From positions 7,042 through 71,041 of the forward strand of contig JAYPUA010000007.1 in the NCBI GenBank assembly GCA_038133845.1: a DNA stretch of 64,000 nt, given 5' to 3'. The notes beneath the pieces are model-generated. The model had not been told where the DNA came from. It was given only the letters and a program-made list of their open reading frames with translations, and did no database searches. Shown one piece after another: positions 30,737 to 40,236 of this stretch. The position numbers and the translations under genes are program-made. Within the stretch, counting starts at the first letter, position 1. Each line of letters opens with the position of its first letter. Source of the DNA: Deltaproteobacteria bacterium (GTDB lineage: Bacteria; SAR324; NAC60-12).

Positions 30737-32236
30737 ATGAAGCCCCCTCTTTCCACTCCTGCTGCCCTCGTTCTCGTCTACGGACGTCCTCCCTTGGTCT
30801 TTGCTGGGATGTTGCTGGCCCTCTCTGTGATGATTCGCCCCAGCCCAGGAGTCTACACTGCAGGGGTGATGTGCTTGTTCATCTCCATGAGCTTTGATCT
30901 GGTCGATGGTTGGTTCTCTGCACGATTTCGTCCCCAGGCCAAGTTGGCACATCTTGCAGACCGGATCATGGACAAGGCGGTGTACTCGATTGTCTTTCCT
31001 CTGGTAGCCGTGGGGATGATGTGGCGCTATCAGCACCTCCCGGAAGGATCCAACGAGCGTCTGGAACTGCTGCATGTCCTGCTGGTTCTGGTGCTGGCCA
31101 TCACCGTGCTGATGCGGGACAACCTGGCGCACTTCCTGAGAAACTTTGCGCTTCGCAAAGGGGAGGAGGAGGAGATGAAGGAGGTGACTCGGCTGCGTAC
31201 TGTGGTGGCTGCTCCGGTGGGAGCGATTCTCTACGCCTACGCCTTCTACTTCCCCAGCTTTCCGGAAGACTCCACATACCAGTGGCTCGAGTCGTTGGGG
31301 CAGATGCCCACGAATCAGCTCATCTACCTGGAGGTGCTGTTCCTGATCATCAACTTTGGCTCCATTGCCGGATACATGCGCAAGTACGGAACCGCATGCT
31401 TGGATGATCTCTGCCTGGGAGACGTGGTGCTGCGCCGTCGGATTCTGGCGATCTTCCCCAACGCGCTGACCGTGATGAACGCGATGATGGGGCTGCTGGC
31501 GGTCTTCTTTGCCAGCCAGTCCCGGATGCACGAAGCCTTTCTCCTGCTCATTGGTGCGGCGTTCTTTGACAAGCTGGACGGCGCTCTGGCCCGCAAGCTC
31601 GGGCTGACAACCCCCCTTCCTTCTGCAAAGCCCAAGAAGCATCACGTGACCTTTGGAGGGATTCTGGACGACATCTCTGACGGAGTGAGCTTCTGCATTG
31701 CTCCGGCGCTGATGTTCTACATGCTCCTTGACCAGATTTCGGATCCTGAGGTGCAGGCCTTGCCTTACGGCTGGGTGGCGCTGGCCTATGCAGTTCTGGG
31801 AATTGTTCGTTTGATCTACTTCACGCTCGACCGAGCCAGCATCCCTGGCTTCTTCAAGGGGTTTCCCACCCCGGCGGCCGCGCTGCTGGTTGCCGGACCG
31901 TTCATCATGCTCGGGCAGGCGGCTGCAGAGCAGTCGGACCTGACGCTCTTCTGGGCCCAGTTCTGCCTCTGGAACATGGTGCTCACAGCAATTCTGATGA
32001 ATCTTTACCCGGTTCGCTATCTGCACGTCGGTCGCCTGATGAGCCGCAACAAGTGGGTCGGTCGGGTCACCTTGCTGATTGTGCTGACCTTTGTCTTCAC
32101 TCCCTACTTTGGCTATGCCGGGTTTGGCTACCTGATGCTCTATGCGCTCTCCCCCCTTTACACCTGGCGCATCAGCCCGGAAGTGGCGGCCCGGGAGGAA
32201 AGCAACGCTCGATCTTCGGAAAGGCTGAGCGCATGA
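30737..32236 (+). CDS. Polytopic membrane protein with two CDP-alcohol phosphatidyltransferase-like regions
   Basis: First region [10 protein letters not shown]...DRIMD is degenerate. Second region [12 protein letters not shown]...[10 protein letters not shown] matches the CDP-OH-PT signature with an insertion. Many TM helices. The antisense 534 aa ORF is rejected. Confidence 0.7.
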   Translation: MKPPLSTPAALVLVYGRPPLVFAGMLLALSVMIRPSPGVYTAGVMCLFISMSFDLVDGWFSARFRPQAKLAHLADRIMDKAVYSIVFPLVAVGMMWRYQHLPEGSNERLELLHVLLVLVLAITVLMRDNLAHFLRNFALRKGEEEEMKEVTRLRTVVAAPVGAILYAYAFYFPSFPEDSTYQWLESLGQMPTNQLIYLEVLFLIINFGSIAGYMRKYGTACLDDLCLGDVVLRRRILAIFPNALTVMNAMMGLLAVFFASQSRMHEAFLLLIGAAFFDKLDGALARKLGLTTPLPSAKPKKHHVTFGGILDDISDGVSFCIAPALMFYMLLDQISDPEVQALPYGWVALAYAVLGIVRLIYFTLDRASIPGFFKGFPTPAAALLVAGPFIMLGQAAAEQSDLTLFWAQFCLWNMVLTAILMNLYPVRYLHVGRLMSRNKWVGRVTLLIVLTFVFTPYFGYAGFGYLMLYALSPLYTWRISPEVAAREESNARSSERLSA

Positions 32237-33270
32237 GCGAAGCATACGAAGATTCCGAGGAGCGTCTGGTCACCCCGGAGGAGCAGCCGGAGGAGCAGTA
32301 TGACCTCTCACTGCGCCCGGAGCGTCTGCGGGACTACATCGGCCAGTCCGAGGTCAAGGACAACCTCAAGGTCTTCATTGAGGCAGCCAAAAAGCGTCGG
32401 CAGCCGCTGGACCATGTTCTGCTGAGCGGACCTCCCGGGTTGGGAAAAACCACTCTGGCGAACATCTTCGCCCGGGAGATGGAGGCTCAGATTCGCTCCA
32501 CTTCCGGGCCGGTGATCGAGCGTCAGGGGGACCTGGCAGCGATTCTGACCAACCTGGAAGCCGGAACCATCCTGTTTATCGATGAGATCCACCGCATGAA
32601 CCGTGTGGTGGAAGAGGTCCTCTACAGCGCCATGGAGGATTTTACCCTGGACATCATCATCGGTCAGGGGCCAGCCGCCCGAACGGTCAAGCTCGACATC
32701 CCGCACTTCACCCTGGTAGGAGCCACGACCCGGGCCGGATTGCTCTCTTCTCCGCTCCGAGATCGCTTCGGAATTCAGTGCCGTTTGAATTACTATACTC
32801 CGGAAGAGCTTCAGGTGATCATCCTCCGCTCGGCCGCCATTCTGGAGATCGAAATTGTGGAAGAGGCCGCCATGGAGCTGGCCCGGCGTTCCCGGGGAAC
32901 TCCCCGAATTGCAAACCGGATGCTCCGGCGATGCCGTGACTTTGCCGACCTGGAGACCTCTGGGGTCATCACGCAATCGCTGGTGAACAGCAGCCTGGCT
33001 CGGCTGGGTGTGGACCTGGAGGGGCTGGACAACATGGATCGACACATCCTGATGACCATCATTGAAAAATTCAGCGGAGGCCCGGTGGGTTTGGGAACCC
33101 TGGCCGCGGCCGTCTCGGAGGAGAAAGACACGCTGGAGGATGTCTATGAGCCCTACCTGATGCTGCAGGGCTTCCTGCAACGTACCCCACGCGGACGCAC
33201 CGTCACTCAGCGAGCCTATACCCACTTGGGCCTGTCGGAACAGGGGACTCCGCAGATTCCGCTGTTCTGA
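32233..33270 (+). CDS. ruvB: Holliday junction branch-migration ATPase RuvB
   Basis: [12 protein letters not shown], Walker [10 protein letters not shown], Walker B FIDEIHR, sensor and arginine-finger regions. ATGA overlap with the upstream gene. Confidence 0.92.
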   Translation: MSEAYEDSEERLVTPEEQPEEQYDLSLRPERLRDYIGQSEVKDNLKVFIEAAKKRRQPLDHVLLSGPPGLGKTTLANIFAREMEAQIRSTSGPVIERQGDLAAILTNLEAGTILFIDEIHRMNRVVEEVLYSAMEDFTLDIIIGQGPAARTVKLDIPHFTLVGATTRAGLLSSPLRDRFGIQCRLNYYTPEELQVIILRSAAILEIEIVEEAAMELARRSRGTPRIANRMLRRCRDFADLETSGVITQSLVNSSLARLGVDLEGLDNMDRHILMTIIEKFSGGPVGLGTLAAAVSEEKDTLEDVYEPYLMLQGFLQRTPRGRTVTQRAYTHLGLSEQGTPQIPLF

Positions 33271-33300
33271 TCTTCTGAAAAACTTCCCCCTTCGAGGTCC

Positions 33301-34008
33301 ATGCGACTTTCCCTGCTGATGGAGTCTCAGCCTGATGACGTGACCTGTGGGCCGACTAGCCTGCATGCCGTCTACCGCTTCCTGGGAGACCCCATTTCCT
33401 TGCCCTCTCTGATTCAGCGCATCAATCAGCTTGAAGACGGAGGGACCTTGGCGGTGCTTCTGGGGATCGATGCGCTGCGGCAAGGGTATCAGGCGACTTT
33501 GCACTCCTTCAACCTCCAGCTCTTTGATCCAAGCTGGTCGATCCTCTCTGCCAGTGAACTGGCTGAGAAGCTCAAGCTGCAGCTGCACTTCAAGAAAGGC
33601 AAGAAGTTTACCTTGGCCACGGAGGCGTACCGGGAGTTTGTCCTCAGTGGAGGACAGCTTCGGCTGGAGCCCTTGAGCCGAGGACTTCTCCAGAAGTACC
33701 TCTCCCGGAAGCTCCCGATCCTGACGGGGCTCAGTGCGACCTATCTCTACCAGTCAAAACGCGAGTACACCAACGCCCGGGATCAGTCTGTGTTCGACGA
33801 CTTGAGAGGGGAGCCGATGGGGCATTTTGTGGTGATCCACGGAATGGAGCAAAACACGGTCTTTGTGGCAGACCCCTACCACGCGAACCCCCTCTCTCAG
33901 GACAACTACTACGAGGTCGATGTGGAGCAACTGATGCAGGCCATCATGCTTGGTGTCATGACCTACGATGGCAACCTCTTGATTCTTTCCTCTTCCCCGG
34001 AGACCTGA
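33301..34008 (+). CDS. Papain-fold / peptidase C39-like (BtrH_N-like) cysteine peptidase or transferase domain protein
   Basis: Candidate catalytic Cys in DDVTCGPTSLHAV, His in GHFVVIHG followed by VFVADPYH (the C39 / papain-like C...H...D arrangement). 235 aa. Its stop overlaps the next gene's start (TGATG). Confidence 0.55.
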   Translation: MRLSLLMESQPDDVTCGPTSLHAVYRFLGDPISLPSLIQRINQLEDGGTLAVLLGIDALRQGYQATLHSFNLQLFDPSWSILSASELAEKLKLQLHFKKGKKFTLATEAYREFVLSGGQLRLEPLSRGLLQKYLSRKLPILTGLSATYLYQSKREYTNARDQSVFDDLRGEPMGHFVVIHGMEQNTVFVADPYHANPLSQDNYYEVDVEQLMQAIMLGVMTYDGNLLILSSSPET

Positions 34009-35486
34009 TGCGCAAACTGTTGGTCGTGGATCAACCCGACCATTTCAAACTTCCCATCGAAGGAGTGGGCGTGGTTTCGGCCAAGGCCTACCTGACCCAG
34101 CCCGAGTTCAGTCAGCTCCCCAACCTGCGAGTGTTCAACCTGTGCAACGACTACCGCTACCAGTCCAAGGGATACTACGTGTCGCTGCTGGCAGAGGCAA
34201 GGGGACACAACCCGATTCCCAGCGTGAAGAATCTGCAAGACCTGCAGGCTCCCACGCTGTTTCGTAGCGTTAGCGACGACCTCGACACGCTGGTGCAAAA
34301 GTCCTTGCGCAAGCTCAAATCGGAAGAGTTTACGCTGAGCATCTACTTCGGACGAAACCTCGCCAAGCAGTATGAGCGGCTCTGTATGGAGCTGCACCGC
34401 CTGTTCCCGATGCCCTTCCTCCGGGTTCGGTTCATCAAGCAGAAGAAGCGCCTGCACACGGACTCTGAAACCTGGACCTTGCAGCAGGTCAAGGCCATCG
34501 CGTTCCGGGACATCCCGGAGTCTCACCTGGACCTGGTCATGGAGGCGGCCCAACGCTACTTCGGGCGCAAGCGCTACCAGGCGGCCAAGCCCACTCAGTA
34601 TGAGTACGATCTGGCAATTCTGGTGAATCGAGAAGAAAAGGCGGCCCCTTCGGATGCGGAGGCGCTGGAGAAGTTTGCAGAGGCGGCCACACGCCTCAAA
34701 GCCAGCGTGACCTTCGTTGACCGAGACGACTTGCACCGGATTGCCGAGTTCGACGCCTTGCTGATTCGTGAAACCACCAACGTCAACCACCACACCTACC
34801 GCTTCGCCCGCCGTGCTCAGGCAGAGGGACTTGCGGTGATTGACGACCCGGACTCCATCCTCCGTTGCACCAACAAGGTCTACCTGGCCGAGTTGCTCCA
34901 GCAGGGAAAGGTTCCGATTCCCAAGGGGATGGTGGTCCATTCGGAAAATCGTCAGACCGTCGGGGCCATTCTTGGATTTCCCTGTGTCCTCAAGCTCCCG
35001 GACTCTTCCTTCTCGCAAGGTGTGATCAAGGTTCGCGACGAGGCCGAACTGAAGGTTCACCTGCAGAAGATGTTCGCTCAGTCGGAGCTGGTTCTGGCGC
35101 AGGAGTACATGCCCACGGATTTCGATTGGCGGATCGGGGTGCTTGATGGGAAGCCGCTGTTTGCCTGCAAGTACTTCATGGCTCGCGGGCATTGGCAGAT
35201 CTACAACTGGGGGAGCCAGGATTCTGATGGACAGAGCGGGGAGTTCGAGACCATTGCTGTGGAGGATGCTCCAGACTATGTGGTCCGGACCGCGCTCAAG
35301 GCTGCTCGCCTGATTGGAAATGGGCTCTATGGCGTGGACCTGAAGGAGGTCCGAGGCAAGGCCTATGTCGTGGAAGTGAACGACAACCCGAACATCGACC
35401 ACCGCGTGGAGGATCTGATACTTGGAGACGAGATCTACCGCCGGGTTCTGAGCCACCTGTTTCAACAGATTGAGCAAAAATCATGA
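34008..35486 (+). CDS. RimK-type ATP-grasp ligase with a roughly 200 aa N-terminal RLAN-like domain
   Basis: C-terminal 290 aa has ATP-grasp motifs (FPCVLKLPDSSFSQGV, GLYGVDLKEVRGKAYVVEVNDNP). A long conserved-looking N-terminal extension is consistent with the RimK-like ATP-grasp N-terminal domain architecture. Confidence 0.8.
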   Translation: MRKLLVVDQPDHFKLPIEGVGVVSAKAYLTQPEFSQLPNLRVFNLCNDYRYQSKGYYVSLLAEARGHNPIPSVKNLQDLQAPTLFRSVSDDLDTLVQKSLRKLKSEEFTLSIYFGRNLAKQYERLCMELHRLFPMPFLRVRFIKQKKRLHTDSETWTLQQVKAIAFRDIPESHLDLVMEAAQRYFGRKRYQAAKPTQYEYDLAILVNREEKAAPSDAEALEKFAEAATRLKASVTFVDRDDLHRIAEFDALLIRETTNVNHHTYRFARRAQAEGLAVIDDPDSILRCTNKVYLAELLQQGKVPIPKGMVVHSENRQTVGAILGFPCVLKLPDSSFSQGVIKVRDEAELKVHLQKMFAQSELVLAQEYMPTDFDWRIGVLDGKPLFACKYFMARGHWQIYNWGSQDSDGQSGEFETIAVEDAPDYVVRTALKAARLIGNGLYGVDLKEVRGKAYVVEVNDNPNIDHRVEDLILGDEIYRRVLSHLFQQIEQKS

Positions 35487-36694
35487 GTGAGTATTCGCTG
35501 TTCGAGGTCTTTGGCGTGGAGATGGAGTTCATGGTGGTGGACCGGAACTCACTGAACGTCCGCCCGGTGGTGGATCGCCTGATTGAAGCCAAGCTCGGGG
35601 CTCCGGAATCGGATGTGGAGAACGGGGTGATCGACTGGTCGAACGAGCTGGTCAATCACGTGGTTGAACTGAAGTACCACGAACCCTACGCCTCCCTCGC
35701 CTTGGGAGCTGATTTTCATCAAAACGTTCAGGAGATCAATCAGCGTCTGGAGAGCCTGGACGCGATGCTCCTGCCTACCGGAGCCCATCCGTGGATGGAT
35801 CCAAACACAGAGACCCAGTTGTGGCCCCACGAACACAGCCAGATCTATCGCCTTTACAACCGCATCTTCGACTGCCGCGGGCACGGCTGGTCCAACCTCC
35901 AGTCGACTCACCTGAACCTGCCGTTCTCCGGAGACGAGGAGTTTGGCAAGCTGCACGCGGCGATTCGGGTCATCCTGCCGCTCCTGCCGGCGCTTTCCGC
36001 ATCCACGCCCTTTCTAGATGGACGCGCCACCGGAGTTCTGGACAGTCGATTGGATGTATACCGAACCAACCAAAAGCGCTTTCCGGTAATCACCGGGCTG
36101 GTGGTTCCAGAGCCGGTCTTTACCAAGGCTGACTATCATCGTCAGATCTTTGACCCGATCCGGGAGGTGATTGCCCCATACGATGAGGAGCGCATCCTTG
36201 ATCAGCACTTCCTCAACTCCCGAGGAGCGATTGCCCGTTTTGACCGGGGAGCGATCGAGATCCGGGTGCTGGACCTGCAGGAGTGCCCACAGGTAGACCT
36301 CGCGATCCTGGAAGCAACGGTCCGGGTTCTACGGAAGCTGGTGGCTCAGGACGACCTGATGGAGCGTATCCGGGCCTTCCCTACGGCACGGCTGGCGGAC
36401 CTGCTCCTACGCGTGATCGAGTCCGGGCGTCAGGCGAGTGTGGAGTGGCCAGAGCTGAACGAGGTGCTTGGCGTCGAAGCCTCCGCGACCACTGTCGGGG
36501 CGCTTTGGGAGGGAGCCCTGCGCGACGAGCCCTTTTCTCCGGAGGTGAGCTCCTGCCTGAGTCGGCTACAGGAACACGGATCGCTCTCAGAGCGAATTCT
36601 GCGCAGGCTTCCTCCAGATCCGCCGCGTGAGGCCCTGGTTGAGGTCTACCGCGAACTCGCAGCCTGCTTGCAACGAAACGAGATGCTGTCATGA
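35483..36694 (+). CDS. GCS2 / YbdK-family carboxylate-amine ligase (glutamate-cysteine ligase family 2)
   Basis: MEFMVVDRNS... N-terminus and overall pattern parallel E. coli YbdK (GIELEMQVV...). 403 aa. ATGA overlaps on both sides. Confidence 0.8.
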   Translation: MSEYSLFEVFGVEMEFMVVDRNSLNVRPVVDRLIEAKLGAPESDVENGVIDWSNELVNHVVELKYHEPYASLALGADFHQNVQEINQRLESLDAMLLPTGAHPWMDPNTETQLWPHEHSQIYRLYNRIFDCRGHGWSNLQSTHLNLPFSGDEEFGKLHAAIRVILPLLPALSASTPFLDGRATGVLDSRLDVYRTNQKRFPVITGLVVPEPVFTKADYHRQIFDPIREVIAPYDEERILDQHFLNSRGAIARFDRGAIEIRVLDLQECPQVDLAILEATVRVLRKLVAQDDLMERIRAFPTARLADLLLRVIESGRQASVEWPELNEVLGVEASATTVGALWEGALRDEPFSPEVSSCLSRLQEHGSLSERILRRLPPDPPREALVEVYRELAACLQRNEMLS

Positions 36695-39600
36695 ACCCAA
36701 TCCTCCTGGCAACGGAGAACTACCCCTTTCTCGCGGAATTTCGCCTGCTGGAAGATGCAGAAGACCGGGAGCAGCACCTTGATCGAATGCGCGTCTTGCT
36801 CCGGGAAAATCAGTCTCAGGAGGACGTGAGGGATGTGATTGAACACCTGGCTTTGAGAGAGCAGGTGTTTGCCCGGGTGGTTGCCGAGTACCACCGGGAG
36901 GAGCGTGAGGCTGCGATTCAGGCCAATCTCTCGGTGAAGAACTCCTTCCACATCCTGGCCCGCAACACGCACCTGCTCGATGCCATCCTGGCCATGGCGT
37001 TTGAGTACAGCCTGGAAGACCTTCCGGCCATCCGGGAAAACCTGGTGGAGCAGCTCCGCAAGGAGATCGACTACAAGCACCGGATGCTTCCGGAGAAGCG
37101 TGAGAAGTGCGAGATCCTGAAGCAGGAACTAGGGCAGTACAGCAAGCCCAGCACCACAGAGATGCGGCAACTGCAGAAGTACTACCAGCGCATCTACGAC
37201 GATCAGATGAAGGAGGTGAGCGTCCTGGAGGCTCGCCTTGAGGAGCTGCGGGAATCCTTGCCGCAGCTGGAAAAATGTGAGCTGAGCCGAGACTTTCTGT
37301 TGGGGCATATGGTGGTCTTTGCACGAGGAGGGTACGGACGCGCCGAGCTGAGCTTCGCTTCGGATCGTGACCTCGGGTACTGTGTAGACACACAGTCGCT
37401 CAACGCGGGTGAAACGGAAACCTGTCGCCAGCTGATCATGCGTATGGAGTACCTGCTCCGGGAAGCTGGAGTTCAGACTGCACATCAGTACTTTGAGATT
37501 GATGAAGACCTCTCCCGCTTCAGCGAACCCAACTCCGTCCACACCATCCCCTCGATTCTGGAGAGCCGGGTGCTTCTGGGAAGTCAGTCGCTATCGGAGG
37601 CCCTCAAGCGCCGCTTCTTCCACATCCTGCCTTACGAACCCTATGTCCTGAACAAGCTGGAGGAGTATCAGAACAGCCACCAGCCCACGCTCAACGAGAT
37701 GGACATCAAGGAGGACTTTGGCGGGTTGCGCACGCTGCAGGTCCCCCTGTGGATTGCGGCGGCGACCTATGGCGTCTTTCCTAGTCAGACCGCCGACCTG
37801 CTGGCCTTGATGATCCAGAAGCGCATCCTGTCTCCCCGGCAAGGCTACAAGCTCTGCCAAGCGCTGGAGTTTCTCTACGACCTGCGCAACTTCAGCGGCG
37901 CGGCACACCACTACTACGACGAGGAAGCCAAGGCCAGCGGGTGCGTGGACCGCAACCTGGAATCGAATGTGATCAACGACAGCCTGGAGCGCCTGTACCT
38001 GCTCAAGCGTCGGCGCTTCCGGAACGTGGACGAGTTCGATCGCTACCGCCTGCAAATGGTGGACAGCATCCGTGCGCTCTCCAGGATGATGCTCCGCAAG
38101 TTGATGGACCGAACCGTGGTCCGGACGTTCTCCGAGTTTCAGCTAGTGGTGCACCTGCGCAAGCGTCGCATTGTGGAGATTCACGCGCTCGAGGGGCTGC
38201 CTCAGGTTCCCTTGGCGCTGATTTTCAGCAACCCGATCGTGCTGTTGGAGCTGTTCATCTACATCGGCCAGTCCGGATACGACCTCTCGGTGGAACTCAA
38301 GGACGAGCTGGCCGAGTTGATCCCGACCCTCACTCAGGAGCGCATTCAGGTCTGCCGAGGGGTGCTCTATCAGAAGTTCACGGAGCTGATGCTGACTCCG
38401 AACACGGCCAGCGCCCTGCGCGTCATGTTCGAGATCAGTGACCCAATCAGCGAATCCAATCTGCCGGACACGCTGATCGGACGCTACATCCCGGAGTGCA
38501 ATCAGATGCGCTTTCTGTTGCGCAACCTGTCCTACCACCAGCACCCGGTCTGCATTCACTCCCTGAACGCGGTGGAGCGCTGCCAGGAAGAGCTGAAGCT
38601 TTTGCGTCAGAACTATCCGGAGCTGCACCACTACCTGAAGCCACAGCATGTCCTGGCGCTCAAGTGGGGCATGCTGTTCCATGACGTGGGCAAGATCGAC
38701 CCCACCTCCCGACATCAGATCTCCGGAACCCTGATTGCCGTTCAGGCACTGGAGCGTCTGGGATACCAGGACCCGGAACTCTTCCGGCTGGTCTCGTTGC
38801 TGATCGCGCACCACATGACCGTGGTTCAGCTGAGCAAGACCTCGGCCTACTTCGACCAGGCTCTGCAGAACTTCTTCGAAGTCGCCGACCGCAGCCTGGT
38901 GAACGTGATTCTGCTTTTCCTGGTCAACATCTCGGACTACAGCGCAGTGAGCGAGTCGAACGCCAGAGACACGCGGCACCTGCGCAACTTCTTTGAAGAG
39001 ACGTACCGGGTGTTCTCGGAGATGCGCTCCAGCGGAGAGGACTCCTTGGACTTCATCCACAGCTACCTGGACAACAAGAAGAGCGACCTGGAGTTCGACA
39101 CCCGCATCGACCTCTTGATCAAACGCAGTCTGCACAACGACTTGGACGAGGAATTGTTCGGACCCTTGGCGGAAACCAGCTCGAAGGAACGGGACCGATT
39201 GCGTCACTCCGAAGAGGAACTCCGGAGGCTGTGGCGGGTGCTCAAGGTGGGCTCTCTCGACTCCAAGGGCATTGATCAGCACACCGACCAGATGATCCGG
39301 ATGATCCGGCAGACCCTGAACAACAGCTCGATCATGGCCCTCACGGAGTCCTTCAACTTCATGATCAACTGGTTCTTCACGGCCTTCCCCAACCGGTTCC
39401 TGCTTAGTGCACCTCCGGATGTTCTGGCACAGAACCTCTCCATCTTTCAGCACATTGATCGCCCAGTGCTGGCCAACGTGCTGACGAATGCTCGGGGATG
39501 GGTGACGGGGCTGCTGATTTATGTCCGTGGGCAGGAGGGCATCCACAGCCGGGTGGCCTATGTGTTGAACAAGCTCAACCTGAACGTGGACTCCGCAAAG

Positions 39601-40095
39601 ATGAACCGCATCTGCTTCCACGAAGGCAACGAGGGCTACTGCTACTTCTTTGAGGTCTCCCGCCAAGGCAACGGGGAGATGATCTTTCCCCGAGACATTG
39701 AATCCGCGATTTTACGCGACTCCCCCCCTCCTCTGCGGATTCAGCCCAGCGAGTTCCGCTACAACACCCGTGTGCTGGTGGAGTATCTGGATGATGATGA
39801 AAAAGGATATCTTGTTTCAGAGCAAGAGCCAAAGACGGAGGGGGCTCCCGGACACTTCTCTCGGCGGCCCGCTCACTACCTGCGGGTCAAGATCACGGTG
39901 GAGGACGCTCCGATGGTGTACTTCAAGATGGCCCACGCCTTTGAGGCGGTCAACGTGCCGATCCAGCAGTCGCTGATTACCACCACCGGACATCAGGTGA
40001 TGGACATGTTCTACATCAACCCGGAAGATCTGGAGCGCCTGCAGCAGTCGGATTTTGAGGAGATCCTGCGCAACACCCTCTCAGTCAGCGGTTGA
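36691..40095 (+). CDS. GlnD-family nucleotidyltransferase / HD phosphohydrolase / ACT-domain protein (1134 aa), uridylyltransferase-like
   Basis: Pol-beta NTase motif FARGGYGRAELSFASDRDLGY. HD motif LFHDVGKID. C-terminal ACT-like region (VYFKMAHAFEAVNVP). The N-terminal extension has a coiled-coil insertion relative to E. coli GlnD. Confidence 0.7.
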   Translation: MNPILLATENYPFLAEFRLLEDAEDREQHLDRMRVLLRENQSQEDVRDVIEHLALREQVFARVVAEYHREEREAAIQANLSVKNSFHILARNTHLLDAILAMAFEYSLEDLPAIRENLVEQLRKEIDYKHRMLPEKREKCEILKQELGQYSKPSTTEMRQLQKYYQRIYDDQMKEVSVLEARLEELRESLPQLEKCELSRDFLLGHMVVFARGGYGRAELSFASDRDLGYCVDTQSLNAGETETCRQLIMRMEYLLREAGVQTAHQYFEIDEDLSRFSEPNSVHTIPSILESRVLLGSQSLSEALKRRFFHILPYEPYVLNKLEEYQNSHQPTLNEMDIKEDFGGLRTLQVPLWIAAATYGVFPSQTADLLALMIQKRILSPRQGYKLCQALEFLYDLRNFSGAAHHYYDEEAKASGCVDRNLESNVINDSLERLYLLKRRRFRNVDEFDRYRLQMVDSIRALSRMMLRKLMDRTVVRTFSEFQLVVHLRKRRIVEIHALEGLPQVPLALIFSNPIVLLELFIYIGQSGYDLSVELKDELAELIPTLTQERIQVCRGVLYQKFTELMLTPNTASALRVMFEISDPISESNLPDTLIGRYIPECNQMRFLLRNLSYHQHPVCIHSLNAVERCQEELKLLRQNYPELHHYLKPQHVLALKWGMLFHDVGKIDPTSRHQISGTLIAVQALERLGYQDPELFRLVSLLIAHHMTVVQLSKTSAYFDQALQNFFEVADRSLVNVILLFLVNISDYSAVSESNARDTRHLRNFFEETYRVFSEMRSSGEDSLDFIHSYLDNKKSDLEFDTRIDLLIKRSLHNDLDEELFGPLAETSSKERDRLRHSEEELRRLWRVLKVGSLDSKGIDQHTDQMIRMIRQTLNNSSIMALTESFNFMINWFFTAFPNRFLLSAPPDVLAQNLSIFQHIDRPVLANVLTNARGWVTGLLIYVRGQEGIHSRVAYVLNKLNLNVDSAKMNRICFHEGNEGYCYFFEVSRQGNGEMIFPRDIESAILRDSPPPLRIQPSEFRYNTRVLVEYLDDDEKGYLVSEQEPKTEGAPGHFSRRPAHYLRVKITVEDAPMVYFKMAHAFEAVNVPIQQSLITTTGHQVMDMFYINPEDLERLQQSDFEEILRNTLSVSG

Positions 40096-40151
40096 GTTGA
40101 AGGTGCATCCAAAAATTGACTCGTCATTTCGTCCGGTTTCTGACTGAATGA

Positions 40152-40171
40152 AAAGTTGTTTTTTCAACTTT
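40152..40171. promoter_or_regulatory. Perfect 7 bp inverted repeat with a T6 loop upstream of the DAHP synthase gene
   Basis: AAAGTTG-tttttt-CAACTTT, lying about 65 nt upstream of the 40237 start codon. Confidence 0.25.
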
Positions 40172-40236
40172 CAAGGCCAGCCAGCACCAGAGGAGGGAGG
40201 CGGCCTCGAAGGGGCCTCTCAAGAGTCACAAAAGTC

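Noticed and set aside
30641-32245. 534 aa minus-strand ORF antisense to the CDP-alcohol phosphatidyltransferase gene
   Set aside because: It is Gln/His/Arg/Pro-rich junk-like sequence. The plus-strand frame encodes TM helices and the DG..AR...D...D signature and is translationally coupled to ruvB.
38143-39666. 507 aa minus-strand ORF inside the GlnD-like gene
   Set aside because: It is antisense to a frame carrying NTase and HD motifs, with low-complexity composition.
36691-40095. Alternative identity of the 1134 aa protein as GlnE (adenylyltransferase) or a RelA/SpoT enzyme
   Set aside because: GlnE lacks an HD domain and has two NTase domains. RelA/SpoT has HD before a different synthetase fold. 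Here the order NTase then HD then ACT with a GGYGRxEL motif fits GlnD.
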